Shown here: one piece after another, positions 28,523 through 37,802 of the stretch
Layout of the letters: every line of letters begins with the position of its first letter
Position numbering within the stretch: the stretch's first letter is position 1
NCBI GenBank assembly: GCA_037443205.1
Contig: JBBIOU010000003.1
Span: 71,309-135,308 of the forward strand
From: Flavobacteriales bacterium
Lineage (GTDB): Bacteria > Bacteroidota > Bacteroidia > Flavobacteriales_D > UBA2798
Length of the DNA stretch: 64,000 bases
Direction of reading: 5' to 3'
Made by a program: the position numbers and the translations under genes
Notes under the pieces: generated by a model
The model's input: only the letters and a program-made list of their open reading frames with translations
Databases searched by the model: none
What the model was told of the DNA's origin: nothing

Positions 28523-29344
28523 TTATAACCTTTTTTCTACTACCCATCTTACCATTGCAAAATACCAACCAAGGGGTAAAATTTTTCGTAAACACAAAAC
28601 AAATTTTTCCTGTAATCCAACTACATATCTTAATTTATAATTCTTAGCTGTGGCTGCTTTGTAAATAACTTTTGCTACTGCTTCGGGGCTGCGTGCAGTA
28701 ATACCAACTTGTTGGGTGTTTTGATAACAGCGTTGTTCATAATCGTCATATTCAGTAAGCAAACCGTTTTTAAATAAATCTTGCGAACGCGAATAAAAGT
28801 CGGTTTTTACTGGCCCCGGTTCTACACATTTTACTTTTATGCCAAGCGGTTTTAATTCATAATGAAGTGACTCTGAAAATCCTTCTACGGCCCATTTCGT
28901 TGCATGATATACACTGTAAATCGGAAAGGTTAAACGACCGCCAACGCTGGTAATATTAATAATTGTACCATTTTTATTTTTTCTGAAATGTGGCAAGATG
29001 TTTTTTATTACATTCATTACTCCGAATACATTAGTTTCAAATTGTTGTTGAATTTGCGCAGCAGTAGATTTTTCAAAAATGCCAATAGCGCCATAGCCTG
29101 CATTATTAACTATAACATCAATTTTGCCAAAGTCATCAATAACTTTGTTTATGGTATTTTTTATAGTGTTGTTATCCGTAACATCAAGGGTATAAAGTTT
29201 TACATTTTTAAATTCACGCAGTTCCTGTTCTTTATCCGGGTTACGCATGGTAGCCGCTACATTCCATCCTTTGGCAGAAAAGTATATGGCTGCAGATTTT
29301 CCAATACCCGAAGAGCATCCTGTAATTAAAATGGTTTTATTCAT
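28523..29344 (-). CDS. short-chain dehydrogenase/reductase (classical SDR)
   Basis: Shows TGCSSGIG, NNAG and YHATK motifs. Confidence 0.9.
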   Translation of the reverse strand: MNKTILITGCSSGIGKSAAIYFSAKGWNVAATMRNPDKEQELREFKNVKLYTLDVTDNNTIKNTINKVIDDFGKIDVIVNNAGYGAIGIFEKSTAAQIQQQFETNVFGVMNVIKNILPHFRKNKNGTIINITSVGGRLTFPIYSVYHATKWAVEGFSESLHYELKPLGIKVKCVEPGPVKTDFYSRSQDLFKNGLLTEYDDYEQRCYQNTQQVGITARSPEAVAKVIYKAATAKNYKLRYVVGLQEKFVLCLRKILPLGWYFAMVRWVVEKRL

Positions 29345-30044
29345 TTTTTTTTCTTTTTTTTAATTCTCTTTTTTCTTTGCGTAATTGCTTTTTTGTTTTT
29401 TGTTGTTCCGACTTTTCATCCCAAACACTATTTCTAGTTTTGGAAATAGCTCCCGGAGGCAATACATCGCGCGTAGAAGAACCTTTTACGCTGCGGTTTT
29501 TTTGCCTTGCTTTGTCAAGCTTTTTTTCAGAAAGGGTAAATGACGAGCGTTGATTATCTTTTTTGCTTCGTTTTTTCTTTCGGCTGCTTTCGGTATATAA
29601 ATTTTCATTTTTCTGATTGGGGGCCGATTTATCTTTTCTTTTCTTGCCAAAAAAATTGGTGTCTTTTTTCTTTTTAGGTTTTTCTTTGGTTTTTTCGGCA
29701 AAAAATTCATCCTGATTTTTTCTTTTTTTACGTTTTTTACCGCGTTCGGTAAAAGAATCTTTTTGTTTGTTTTTTTTCCTTGTTACCGATTTTTCGCTAA
29801 AGCTATCACTTTGGTTATTTTTTTTTCTTTTTTTTGTTTTACTTTTAAAAGCATCGTTTTTCTCTGTATTTCTTTTTTTTTCTCGCTGTTTGGATGCAAA
29901 AGCGTTTTTTTCTTTTACCCGTTGCTTTTTAGTGCTCTTGGTGTTAAAGGTTTTTTTATTGTCGTTAACATCTCCTCCCTTATTTTTTTGAGCATAAATA
30001 AGCAAGGTGTTTACACATAATAATATGGTAAATAAAGATTTCAA
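29337..30044 (-). CDS. signal-peptide-bearing polybasic (Lys/Arg-rich) repeat protein, hypothetical
   Basis: Signal peptide MKSLFTILLCVNTLLIYAQ is followed by about seven degenerate x-F-x-K/R-run repeats. The gene overlaps both neighbours (4 nt and 8 nt). Confidence 0.55.
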   Translation of the reverse strand: MKSLFTILLCVNTLLIYAQKNKGGDVNDNKKTFNTKSTKKQRVKEKNAFASKQREKKRNTEKNDAFKSKTKKRKKNNQSDSFSEKSVTRKKNKQKDSFTERGKKRKKRKNQDEFFAEKTKEKPKKKKDTNFFGKKRKDKSAPNQKNENLYTESSRKKKRSKKDNQRSSFTLSEKKLDKARQKNRSVKGSSTRDVLPPGAISKTRNSVWDEKSEQQKTKKQLRKEKRELKKRKKNE

Positions 30045-31015
30045 GCGTTAATGCAAAAATAATATACCCCTTTAACTACTTCTGCCATTTTGTGGTAGTT
30101 TAATTTTTCGGGAGTGTCGGTTTTTTGATGATAATTTTTATTTCTTAAAAAGGCTGTGTCGGTAATCATCAAGGCGGGAAAATTAAATATCCAAAAATTT
30201 TTGTGGTCAGAAAAATCTACACCGGGTATTGCAGTTGGTCCGGTTAATGATTCTACCGGTATGTTTGCATATTTTTTTAGGGCTTTTTTTACTTGTTTAA
30301 CATGCTTACCCATTCCGTTTTTGCTAACTACAGCAATATAATTTCCTTTAGAGGGATATTTGAGTTTCATTATATCAACAGGATAGTCTTGTGATTTTTT
30401 TTCATCGCTGTAATAACCAATCATTTCCAGGCTAATCATTAACTTAACCGATTTATTTTCATCATATAATTTTTTTGCGTGTTGGTAGCTTCCCATTAAT
30501 TCTGTTCTAAAAAAGGGAGGTTCTTCAAGTGTATAAAAAGCAATTTCTATGCAATGATTAATTAGCTTGGGTTTGTTAACCAGTAATAAGCGGGCTATTT
30601 CTAATAAACCGGCCACACCGCTGGCATTGTCATCAGCACCGGGTTGGTCATCGCACACGTCATAATGCGCTCCAACAACTATTCTGGGCAAAGTACTGTC
30701 GCCATAAATGCAATAGATATTTTTAACTTTTTTTTGTTTGGCGATATAGGTATGTTCGATAATATGACTGTAGCCATAAGCAGAAAGTTTTTGTTTTATG
30801 TAGTCAGCAGCTTTATCAAGCTCGTTAATATGTTGATGGTTTCGGTATTCAATAGATGCAAGTGTTTCCACATCCGTTTTTAAATTTTCCACGTCAGGTA
30901 TAACATTGGCAGGTGAAAAATTTGTATGGCTGTAAAATTGAAAAGCGGTAATAACACTTATTATTACCGCTGCAAAAAAATAAAATTTATAGCCAATATA
31001 TCTATTTTTTATCAT
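30041..31015 (-). CDS. M28-family metallopeptidase
   Basis: Shows ..GAHYDV.. and ..GADDNASGVAGLLEIARLL.. zinc-ligand motifs. Confidence 0.85.
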   Translation of the reverse strand: MIKNRYIGYKFYFFAAVIISVITAFQFYSHTNFSPANVIPDVENLKTDVETLASIEYRNHQHINELDKAADYIKQKLSAYGYSHIIEHTYIAKQKKVKNIYCIYGDSTLPRIVVGAHYDVCDDQPGADDNASGVAGLLEIARLLLVNKPKLINHCIEIAFYTLEEPPFFRTELMGSYQHAKKLYDENKSVKLMISLEMIGYYSDEKKSQDYPVDIMKLKYPSKGNYIAVVSKNGMGKHVKQVKKALKKYANIPVESLTGPTAIPGVDFSDHKNFWIFNFPALMITDTAFLRNKNYHQKTDTPEKLNYHKMAEVVKGVYYFCINA

Positions 31016-31533
31016 TCATTGGCATTATTACTATTTGCGGCATTTACCGTAAGGTTTTCTATATCGCGGTCAAATAAATACAATCCTCCTTTGTCGTTGC
31101 CAATCATTTTTAATTTATCCATAATGGTTCTTGCAAGGGCTTCTTCTTCTATTTGTTCGGATACGTACCATTGCATAAAATTATGGGTTGCATAATCTTT
31201 TTCTTTCAAGCAAATATCTACTACTTTATTAATTTCGGCAGACACCCATACTTCGTGTTGCAACAATTGCTCAAATACGGCATACATATCTTTAAAAGCT
31301 TTAGGGGGTTGTTTTAGTGCCGGAACAACGGCATGCCCGCCTCGCTCGTTAACATACCTTACTAATTTAAGCATGTGCATACGTTCTTCGTCTGAATGAC
31401 GATATAAAAAATTTGCAATACCTCCTAATCCACTTACCTCAGCCCAGGAGGCCATAGCCAGATAAAACTGTGATGATTGTGCTTCAATCTCTATTTGTTG
31501 ATTTAATGCTTGTTCAACTTTTTTAGGTAACAT
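31012..31533 (-). CDS. non-heme ferritin
   Basis: Ferritin-like di-iron residues are present (..IEAQSSQFYLAMASWAE.., ..SDEERMHMLKL.., ..LQHEVWVS..). Confidence 0.9.
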   Translation of the reverse strand: MLPKKVEQALNQQIEIEAQSSQFYLAMASWAEVSGLGGIANFLYRHSDEERMHMLKLVRYVNERGGHAVVPALKQPPKAFKDMYAVFEQLLQHEVWVSAEINKVVDICLKEKDYATHNFMQWYVSEQIEEEALARTIMDKLKMIGNDKGGLYLFDRDIENLTVNAANSNNANE

Positions 31534-31703
31534 AATGATAACGTATTAATTATTTACATTGTAAAATTAATAAAATTAATGCTTTCTTATATATATGAAC
31601 AGTTAAAAGTTGCAAATGTTTTTAATTTATATCAGTTATATTTTTTACTGCAATTAAAATCAACAGAAACTATCCGGTTAATATTTTCAAGCAATATTTT
31701 TCG

Positions 31704-31711
31704 TAGGTTTG
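31704..31711 (+). promoter_or_regulatory. -7 promoter box TAGGTTTG
   Basis: Lies 20 nt upstream of the ATG at 31732. Confidence 0.4.
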
Positions 31712-31731
31712 TGTCGTTTAAAGATTAAAAC

Positions 31732-32658
31732 ATGAGTTTAGTTATAGTTGGTACAGTAGCATTTGATGCCATTGAAACACCTTTTGGTAAAACCGATAAA
31801 ATAGTAGGCGGAGCAGCAACTTACATTTCTTTGGCGGCATCTTACTTTAATAAAAATAATAAGTTGGTGTCGGTAATCGGTGATGATTACGACTTTGGTA
31901 TGCTCGAAAAAATGAAAGCCAAAGGCATAGATTTGGAAGGGCTGCAAATAAAGAAAGGCGAAAAGTCTTTTTTTTGGTCGGGGAAATACCATTATGACCT
32001 GAATACGCGCGATACGTTAGATACACAACTAAACGTATTGGCCAATTTTAGTCCGCAATTACCTGAAAGTTATAAAAACTGTGAATTTTTAATGTTAGGA
32101 AATTTAGATCCTAAAGTACAAATGCAGGTAATAGAACAAATCCCTAACCGGCCTAAATTAGTGGTGTTAGACACAATGAATTTTTGGATGGATATTGCAC
32201 TTGAAGATTTATTGAAAGTGATGCAAAAAGTAGATGTGATTACAATTAACGATGAAGAAGCCCGGCAACTTTCAAAAGAATATTCATTAGTAAAAGCAGC
32301 GCGCAAAATATTAACCATGGGACCCAAATATGTGGTTATTAAAAAAGGCGAACACGGAGCATTGTTGTTTGATAAAGAACACATGTTTTTTGCCCCCGCC
32401 TTGCCACTCGAAGAGGTTGTTGACCCCACCGGGGCCGGAGATACCTTTGCCGGTGGATTTATTGGTTATTTGGCACACACCAAAGATATTTCTTTCGATA
32501 ATATGAAAAGGGCAATTATCATTGGTTCGGCATTAGCCTCGTTTACGGTAGAGAAATTTGGCGTTGAAAGAATTATTAATTTACAGGAAGAAGAAATAGA
32601 CCAACGTATTCAACTGTTTGTTGACCTGGTAGATTTTAATATTGAATTTGTTGAGTAA
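31732..32658 (+). CDS. PfkB-family carbohydrate/nucleoside kinase
   Basis: Carries the C-terminal DPTGAGDTFAGGF signature. Confidence 0.85.
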   Translation: MSLVIVGTVAFDAIETPFGKTDKIVGGAATYISLAASYFNKNNKLVSVIGDDYDFGMLEKMKAKGIDLEGLQIKKGEKSFFWSGKYHYDLNTRDTLDTQLNVLANFSPQLPESYKNCEFLMLGNLDPKVQMQVIEQIPNRPKLVVLDTMNFWMDIALEDLLKVMQKVDVITINDEEARQLSKEYSLVKAARKILTMGPKYVVIKKGEHGALLFDKEHMFFAPALPLEEVVDPTGAGDTFAGGFIGYLAHTKDISFDNMKRAIIIGSALASFTVEKFGVERIINLQEEEIDQRIQLFVDLVDFNIEFVE

Positions 32659-32739
32659 TATCCCGACAAATAAAAAATACAGATATACTGCAAGTGCTTA
32701 TGCAAAGTTTTTAAGCAGCCAATTACTCCAAAACACCGA

Positions 32740-34905
32740 TTAAAGTTTAATAATAATAAATTCTGTTCTGCGATTTAGTTGATGTTCTTCTTCAGTGCAG
32801 TTAGAAGTTGTTTTTCCTTCGCAGGCACAGTTGTTAAGTAATTTTGATTCTCCGTAACCTTTTCCGTTGATACGATTAGGGTTAGTAATTCTTTTCTTTA
32901 TATAATCGGCAGAAGATTTAGCTCGTTTTTGAGATAAGGCAAGATTACTTTTTGCTGCCCCACGACAATCGGTATGTGCGCCTAATTCAACCACCATATT
33001 GGGGTAATCGTTCATTATTTTTACAATTTTATCAAGTTCGGCAGCAGCGTCTTTGCGTATATTAAACTTACCGGCATCAAAATAAATGGGTTTTAAATCT
33101 ATCATCTTGGCTAAATCTTTACCTACTTCAACCACGTCCATATAAAAGTCGTCTTCAGCATCCACTAAGTTACCGGGTTTGGTAATTTTACCGTAGTAAT
33201 TAATAATTTTTCTTAGGTATCCTTGTTTTTCTAATATAATCTGATATTTCATTTCATCATTCAATTTTTTATCAAAGATGAGTTTTCGCCATTGTCCGTC
33301 ATCACCGGTAAATGTAACAATTGATTCACCGGTTATATTATCCAGAAAATTTATTTTTACATCCTGCATGGGCTTACCGGTAGAACGGTCTTTTATATAA
33401 GCCAAAAACATTAAACCCGGGTCTTTTTCCAGAATCAGGTCGTTTGTTATTTCGTCTTCATCAGTTTCTGTACGGATGATTTTTTCTAATTCAAAATGTT
33501 TTTCTTTGTTAGCTTTAATCTTGTAGGTTTTATCTTCTTCGGCTAAATAGCTAAAAAAGCCTTGTTCATCACTTTGTATTTCTTCAATAATGTTGCCTTG
33601 TTCATCCAAAAGCGTAATGGATGCAGAAGAGAGTATTTCTCCCGTGTTGTTTTTCACGATACCTTTTATTTCTTTGCCAACTTTAATAGGTATTTTTACA
33701 TGACAACTGTAAATGTCGTCTTCGCCTTTGCCTCCTTCGCGGTTAGACGAAAACCAGGCTTTGGTTTTTTCGTTATTTAGAATAAAATTATAATCGTCTT
33801 TACTTGTATTAATAGGCGAGCCCAGGTTTACAGGACTTTTGTATTGATTTTTGCTGTTTAATTCAGTTACAAAAATATCCAGTCCTCCTAAACCGACATG
33901 CCCATCAGAAGCAAAAAAGAGTAAACCACTCGGATGAATAAAGGGAAACATTTCATCGCCTTGGGTATTTACTCTAGGACCTAAATTTTCGGGTTTACTC
34001 CATGTACCATCAGCTTGTTTGTAGCTTCTGTATATATCGGTACCTCCGTAGCCGCCTTCCATATTACTTGCAAAATAGAGCGTATCAGCAGTGTGGTTTA
34101 AACAAGGTTGCCCAAGCGAATAATTATTGCTATTAATGTTTAGCGGGTTTTTTTTACTCCATTTGCCATTGTTGTATTGCGATTGGTATAGTTTAATGAT
34201 GCGTTTAATATCATTGTTTTCTTTATAAAAATAATCTTCGGCAAATATCATTAATTTACCGTCAGGGCTGTAGGTGGCTAAGCCGGTATAGGCGTGTTTG
34301 TTAATGTTTTTAAACGGAACTTCTTGTTTGATATTTGCGCTGTCGTTAAATGAGCCTAAATAAAGATCGAGCGCAGGTAATTTGTAGGGGTTAAAAGTTC
34401 TGTAAACACTGCCTTTACTTTTTTTTACCGAGCCAAAAACCAAATTATTTTGAAAAAAAGTTATGCCAAAATCCTGGTAGGGAGTATTAATATTTTCGTT
34501 GTTTATTTCGTAGCCTTTGTTTCCGGCCATTAATTTATCAAGGGTTTTTATTTTCTGGATTTTGTTTTTTAGCCTGTAATAGTTTTGCATTTGGCTGGCA
34601 GATTCATCGTATTTGCCGTTCATTTTCAGAATTTGAGCGTACTGATAAATGTCATCCGGGTTCAGAGCGTTTTCTTGTGACAGTTTTTGGTATGCTGCTT
34701 CTGCTTTTTCGTATTCGCCCATCATCTTATAGCTATATGCCAATTTACGGGATTCGTCAGCATTTATGTTAGGCTGTGTTTCTGCCAATACTATTACGGC
34801 CTGATAATTACAACTTAAAAATTCTTTATCAATTTTGCTTAAATTATTTTGTGTGTAAGCAAAAATGTAAAAAAACAGTGCATTAAAAAGGACTAAGTTT
34901 TTCAT
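32740..34905 (-). CDS. OmpA-family protein with TPR, TolB-like beta-propeller repeats and CarboxypepD_reg-like domain
   Basis: Has a signal peptide and TPR-like ..YEKAEAAYQK.. stretches. Repeated ..S.DG..L.F.S.. propeller blades precede a C-terminal OmpA_C domain (..LSQKRAKSSADYI.., ..NRRTEF..). Confidence 0.85.
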   Translation of the reverse strand: MKNLVLFNALFFYIFAYTQNNLSKIDKEFLSCNYQAVIVLAETQPNINADESRKLAYSYKMMGEYEKAEAAYQKLSQENALNPDDIYQYAQILKMNGKYDESASQMQNYYRLKNKIQKIKTLDKLMAGNKGYEINNENINTPYQDFGITFFQNNLVFGSVKKSKGSVYRTFNPYKLPALDLYLGSFNDSANIKQEVPFKNINKHAYTGLATYSPDGKLMIFAEDYFYKENNDIKRIIKLYQSQYNNGKWSKKNPLNINSNNYSLGQPCLNHTADTLYFASNMEGGYGGTDIYRSYKQADGTWSKPENLGPRVNTQGDEMFPFIHPSGLLFFASDGHVGLGGLDIFVTELNSKNQYKSPVNLGSPINTSKDDYNFILNNEKTKAWFSSNREGGKGEDDIYSCHVKIPIKVGKEIKGIVKNNTGEILSSASITLLDEQGNIIEEIQSDEQGFFSYLAEEDKTYKIKANKEKHFELEKIIRTETDEDEITNDLILEKDPGLMFLAYIKDRSTGKPMQDVKINFLDNITGESIVTFTGDDGQWRKLIFDKKLNDEMKYQIILEKQGYLRKIINYYGKITKPGNLVDAEDDFYMDVVEVGKDLAKMIDLKPIYFDAGKFNIRKDAAAELDKIVKIMNDYPNMVVELGAHTDCRGAAKSNLALSQKRAKSSADYIKKRITNPNRINGKGYGESKLLNNCACEGKTTSNCTEEEHQLNRRTEFIIIKL

Positions 34906-34973
34906 AACAACCGGTTTTTCCTCAGTGCTAAATTAACAATAAATTGTTAATATCGGTAAAAATAATAAAAAAA

Positions 34974-35987
34974 TCAGTGATCGTGCCCGTCACATATGCG
35001 GCCTTTGCTTTTACCCTGTTCAAATTCTTTTTCTTCGGCCGAGAGTTCTTGCAGGGTTTGTTCGTTTAGTTTTTTATTTTTGTGGATGTTTAAATCGGGT
35101 TTTCCGGCATTTACCCAACAGGTATACCAAATGCTGCCCACGGCAATAATGGTTTGCCGCATTCTGCGTTCTACCATACCATTTAGTAACCGGTTGTAGG
35201 CTTTGGTATATTCTTCCGAATACACTTTCATTAAAACATTGCCTCGGTTTTCATAGGAATATTTTTTATCAGCCGGAAATCGCTCATTTAAGGATTTTTC
35301 GAACCCTAATACCGAATCAACGGCATAATGGCTGGCCTCAACGGTTTCCCAGGCAAAATCAAGCGGACTATGTATGTATATGGCTTTACCAACAAAGTAA
35401 TCATATTCTTCGGCTAACAGTTCGGGTATTCGGCTTTCCCAAAAGCCGTGTATACCGCGTTGATTGGTTAGCTGACCATTATAATTTTCGGTAGTGTGTA
35501 AGGGCACATGGGCATCGCCTATGTAATGACCAATATCAGCAGAGTAGCGTAAAATTTTATCAAAATCTTCATCTTTAAATGCTTTTGTTAAACGATGGCA
35601 CATAACCTCGATATGCCAGGGCACGATGCCATAAGCTTGCAAAGTGTCTTCGGTAAATTTGGCTACTGCATCTTTCCATTTACGGGGAACTACTTCAAAA
35701 GGATTTTCACCGTTTTTAGCATAATGATCTATATCTATATAATGTCTTTGTGCTTCGCCTTGTGTTGCATATCTTCTTTTATCCGGGTCAACGGCATGTT
35801 CAGTAATAAATTCAATATTTTCTTTATAAAAACTGATAAGCGGAGTAGGCAGGGTAAATACAGCCATGCGGTTGATTCGTTTGTGAGCATAAAAGCCCCA
35901 GGCTTCTGTTTTCTCTGTGGGGCATACAAACAGTAGTAACAGTGTGATAGTTATGAATGCAAGGAATGTTTTTTTGAGCATTATCAT
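34974..35987 (-). CDS. zinc-dependent phospholipase C / S1-P1 nuclease-like secreted protein
   Basis: The mature N-terminus WGFYAHKRINRMA.. and His-rich motifs (..GDAHVPLHTTENYNG..) support the call. I start at the internal ATG (35987), which gives signal peptide MIMLKKTFLAFITITLLLLF. The ORF track extends to 36092. Confidence 0.65.
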   Translation of the reverse strand: MIMLKKTFLAFITITLLLLFVCPTEKTEAWGFYAHKRINRMAVFTLPTPLISFYKENIEFITEHAVDPDKRRYATQGEAQRHYIDIDHYAKNGENPFEVVPRKWKDAVAKFTEDTLQAYGIVPWHIEVMCHRLTKAFKDEDFDKILRYSADIGHYIGDAHVPLHTTENYNGQLTNQRGIHGFWESRIPELLAEEYDYFVGKAIYIHSPLDFAWETVEASHYAVDSVLGFEKSLNERFPADKKYSYENRGNVLMKVYSEEYTKAYNRLLNGMVERRMRQTIIAVGSIWYTCWVNAGKPDLNIHKNKKLNEQTLQELSAEEKEFEQGKSKGRICDGHDH

Positions 35988-36122
35988 CTTGTTTACGAAT
36001 GTATAAAAAATATTGCAAAGCAGATTAGGGCAACAAAGATTTAATGTACCAATAAAATCTATCAATGTATGATTTGGATTAAAGCAGGGCAAATATTGGC
36101 GTTTTGCTGACGGCTAAATTAT

Positions 36123-36130
36123 TACCTTTG
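36123..36130 (+). promoter_or_regulatory. -7 promoter box TACCTTTG placed 4 nt before the cysS ATG (predicted leaderless mRNA)
   Basis: TACCTTTG-tttt-ATG (ATG at 36135). Confidence 0.55.
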
Positions 36131-36134
36131 TTTT

Positions 36135-37616
36135 ATGGAAATAAATTTACATATCTATAACAGTTTAAGTCGTCAAAAAGAAAAATTTATACCCATTAAT
36201 CCGCCTTATGTGGGCATGTATGTTTGCGGGCCAACGGTTTACGGTCCTCCGCATTTAGGCCATGCCAGGCCATACATTACTTTTGATGTGTTAAGAAGAT
36301 ACCTGGAATATTTAGGTTTAAAAGTTCGTTATGTACGCAATATAACCGATGTAGGGCATTTAGAAAATGATTTAGATGAGGGAGAAGATAAAATTGCCAA
36401 AAAAGCCCGTTTAGAGCAATTAGAGCCTATGGAAGTAGTGGAGCTTTACACCCGGCAATTTCACGAAGCCATGCATTTGCTTAACAACAAACCGGTAAGT
36501 ATAGAGCCACGTGCATCCGGTCATATCATAGAGCAAATAGAAATGATCGAACAAATAATTAAAAACGGATATGCTTATGTATCTAATGGTTCGGTTTACT
36601 TTGATGTAGAAAAATACGCACAAAGTAATGCTTATGGAGAACTGTCGGGCAGGGTATTGGAAGAATTGATTGCTGGAGCGGGCGAAGCTCGAAGAACACT
36701 TGACGGACAAGATGAAAAAAGAAACCGTGCAGATTTTGCTCTTTGGAAAAAAGCATCGCCCGAACATATCATGCGCTGGAACAGTCCCTGGAGTGTTGGT
36801 TTTCCGGGTTGGCATATAGAATGTTCGGCAATGGGAACAAAATACTTAGGAGAAACTTTTGACATACACGGAGGTGGTATGGACTTGCTTTTTCCACACC
36901 ACGAAGCTGAAATTGCCCAAAGCAAAGCATGTCATCACAAAGCGCCTGTTAAATATTGGATGCATTGCAATATGATTACCATTGAAGGTCAAAAGATGGG
37001 TAAATCGCTCGGAAATTTTATCAATCTGGAACAGTTTTTTACAGGCTCACATCCTAAACTTACTCAGGCATATTCACCCATGGCAATTCGTTTTTTTATG
37101 TTGCAGGCCCATTATCGCAGTACGCTCGATTTTAGTAATGAAGGATTGCAGGCAGCCGAAAAAGCGCTACAAAAAATTTTACAGGCATATCCTCTTATTC
37201 ATAAAATAAAAGTATCTGACAACAGCAACCATAATAATATACAAAAACTATTGGATAATTGCCTGGAAGCGCTGAATGATGATTTAAATACCGCAATTGT
37301 ATTAAGTAATATTTTTGAAGCCGTAAGAATAATTAATTCGGCATACAACGAGCAGTTACAAATTACACAAACTGATAAAGATATTTTGCAAAAAATATTT
37401 GATGATATATTTTTTGGTATATTAGGCTTATGCGGGCAAACAGAAAACAATACAGACAATATAAGCAACGAGTTAATGAGTTTAATAATTGAATTAAGAA
37501 AAGAAGCAAAAGACAATAAAAACTATGCACTATCTGATTCCATACGCAATAAATTAAATGCGATAGGAATAGAGTTAAAAGATACAAAAGAAGGCACTGA
37601 ATGGAAAAAAATATAG
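36135..37616 (+). CDS. cysS: cysteine--tRNA ligase
   Basis: Class I HIGH (PHLGHARP) and KMSKS (KMGKSLGN) motifs are present. 493 aa. Confidence 0.95.
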   Translation: MEINLHIYNSLSRQKEKFIPINPPYVGMYVCGPTVYGPPHLGHARPYITFDVLRRYLEYLGLKVRYVRNITDVGHLENDLDEGEDKIAKKARLEQLEPMEVVELYTRQFHEAMHLLNNKPVSIEPRASGHIIEQIEMIEQIIKNGYAYVSNGSVYFDVEKYAQSNAYGELSGRVLEELIAGAGEARRTLDGQDEKRNRADFALWKKASPEHIMRWNSPWSVGFPGWHIECSAMGTKYLGETFDIHGGGMDLLFPHHEAEIAQSKACHHKAPVKYWMHCNMITIEGQKMGKSLGNFINLEQFFTGSHPKLTQAYSPMAIRFFMLQAHYRSTLDFSNEGLQAAEKALQKILQAYPLIHKIKVSDNSNHNNIQKLLDNCLEALNDDLNTAIVLSNIFEAVRIINSAYNEQLQITQTDKDILQKIFDDIFFGILGLCGQTENNTDNISNELMSLIIELRKEAKDNKNYALSDSIRNKLNAIGIELKDTKEGTEWKKI

Positions 37617-37659
37617 TTACCCTTAATGCAATACACATAAACACGCATTTGCATTACAC

Positions 37660-37718
37660 CCCGAATTTCTTAGGCTAATAAGAAATTTGGACTAACTCAA
37701 TGCATTCAACTTTCCGCT
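37660..37718. repeat. degenerate arm-like fragment of the mosaic repeat with 9-bp hairpin
   Basis: AATTTCTTA-ggctaa-TAAGAAATT followed by ..GGACTAACTCAATGCATTCAACTTTCCGC resembles the arm ..GCATTAGAAATTTGGATTTATTTCAAATTTTCCGCC. Confidence 0.35.
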
Positions 37719-37802
37719 AAAATATAACCGCAGTAGTACTTTTTTCATTTCTCTTTCAAGAATAAGTTGCGTAATAATTTCAGGGATATTTTCGGGTTGT
37801 TC

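Noticed and set aside
29763-30020. Two plus-strand ORFs (85 and 74 aa, Phe/Leu-rich) opposite the polybasic gene
   Set aside because: They are mirror images of the AAA/AAG-rich sense strand (poly-Phe/Leu). They have no signal or start context, and the minus-strand frame has a signal peptide and is coupled to both neighbours.
36420-36925. Minus-strand ORFs of 131 and 97 aa inside cysS
   Set aside because: They are antisense to an unambiguous class I aminoacyl-tRNA synthetase gene.
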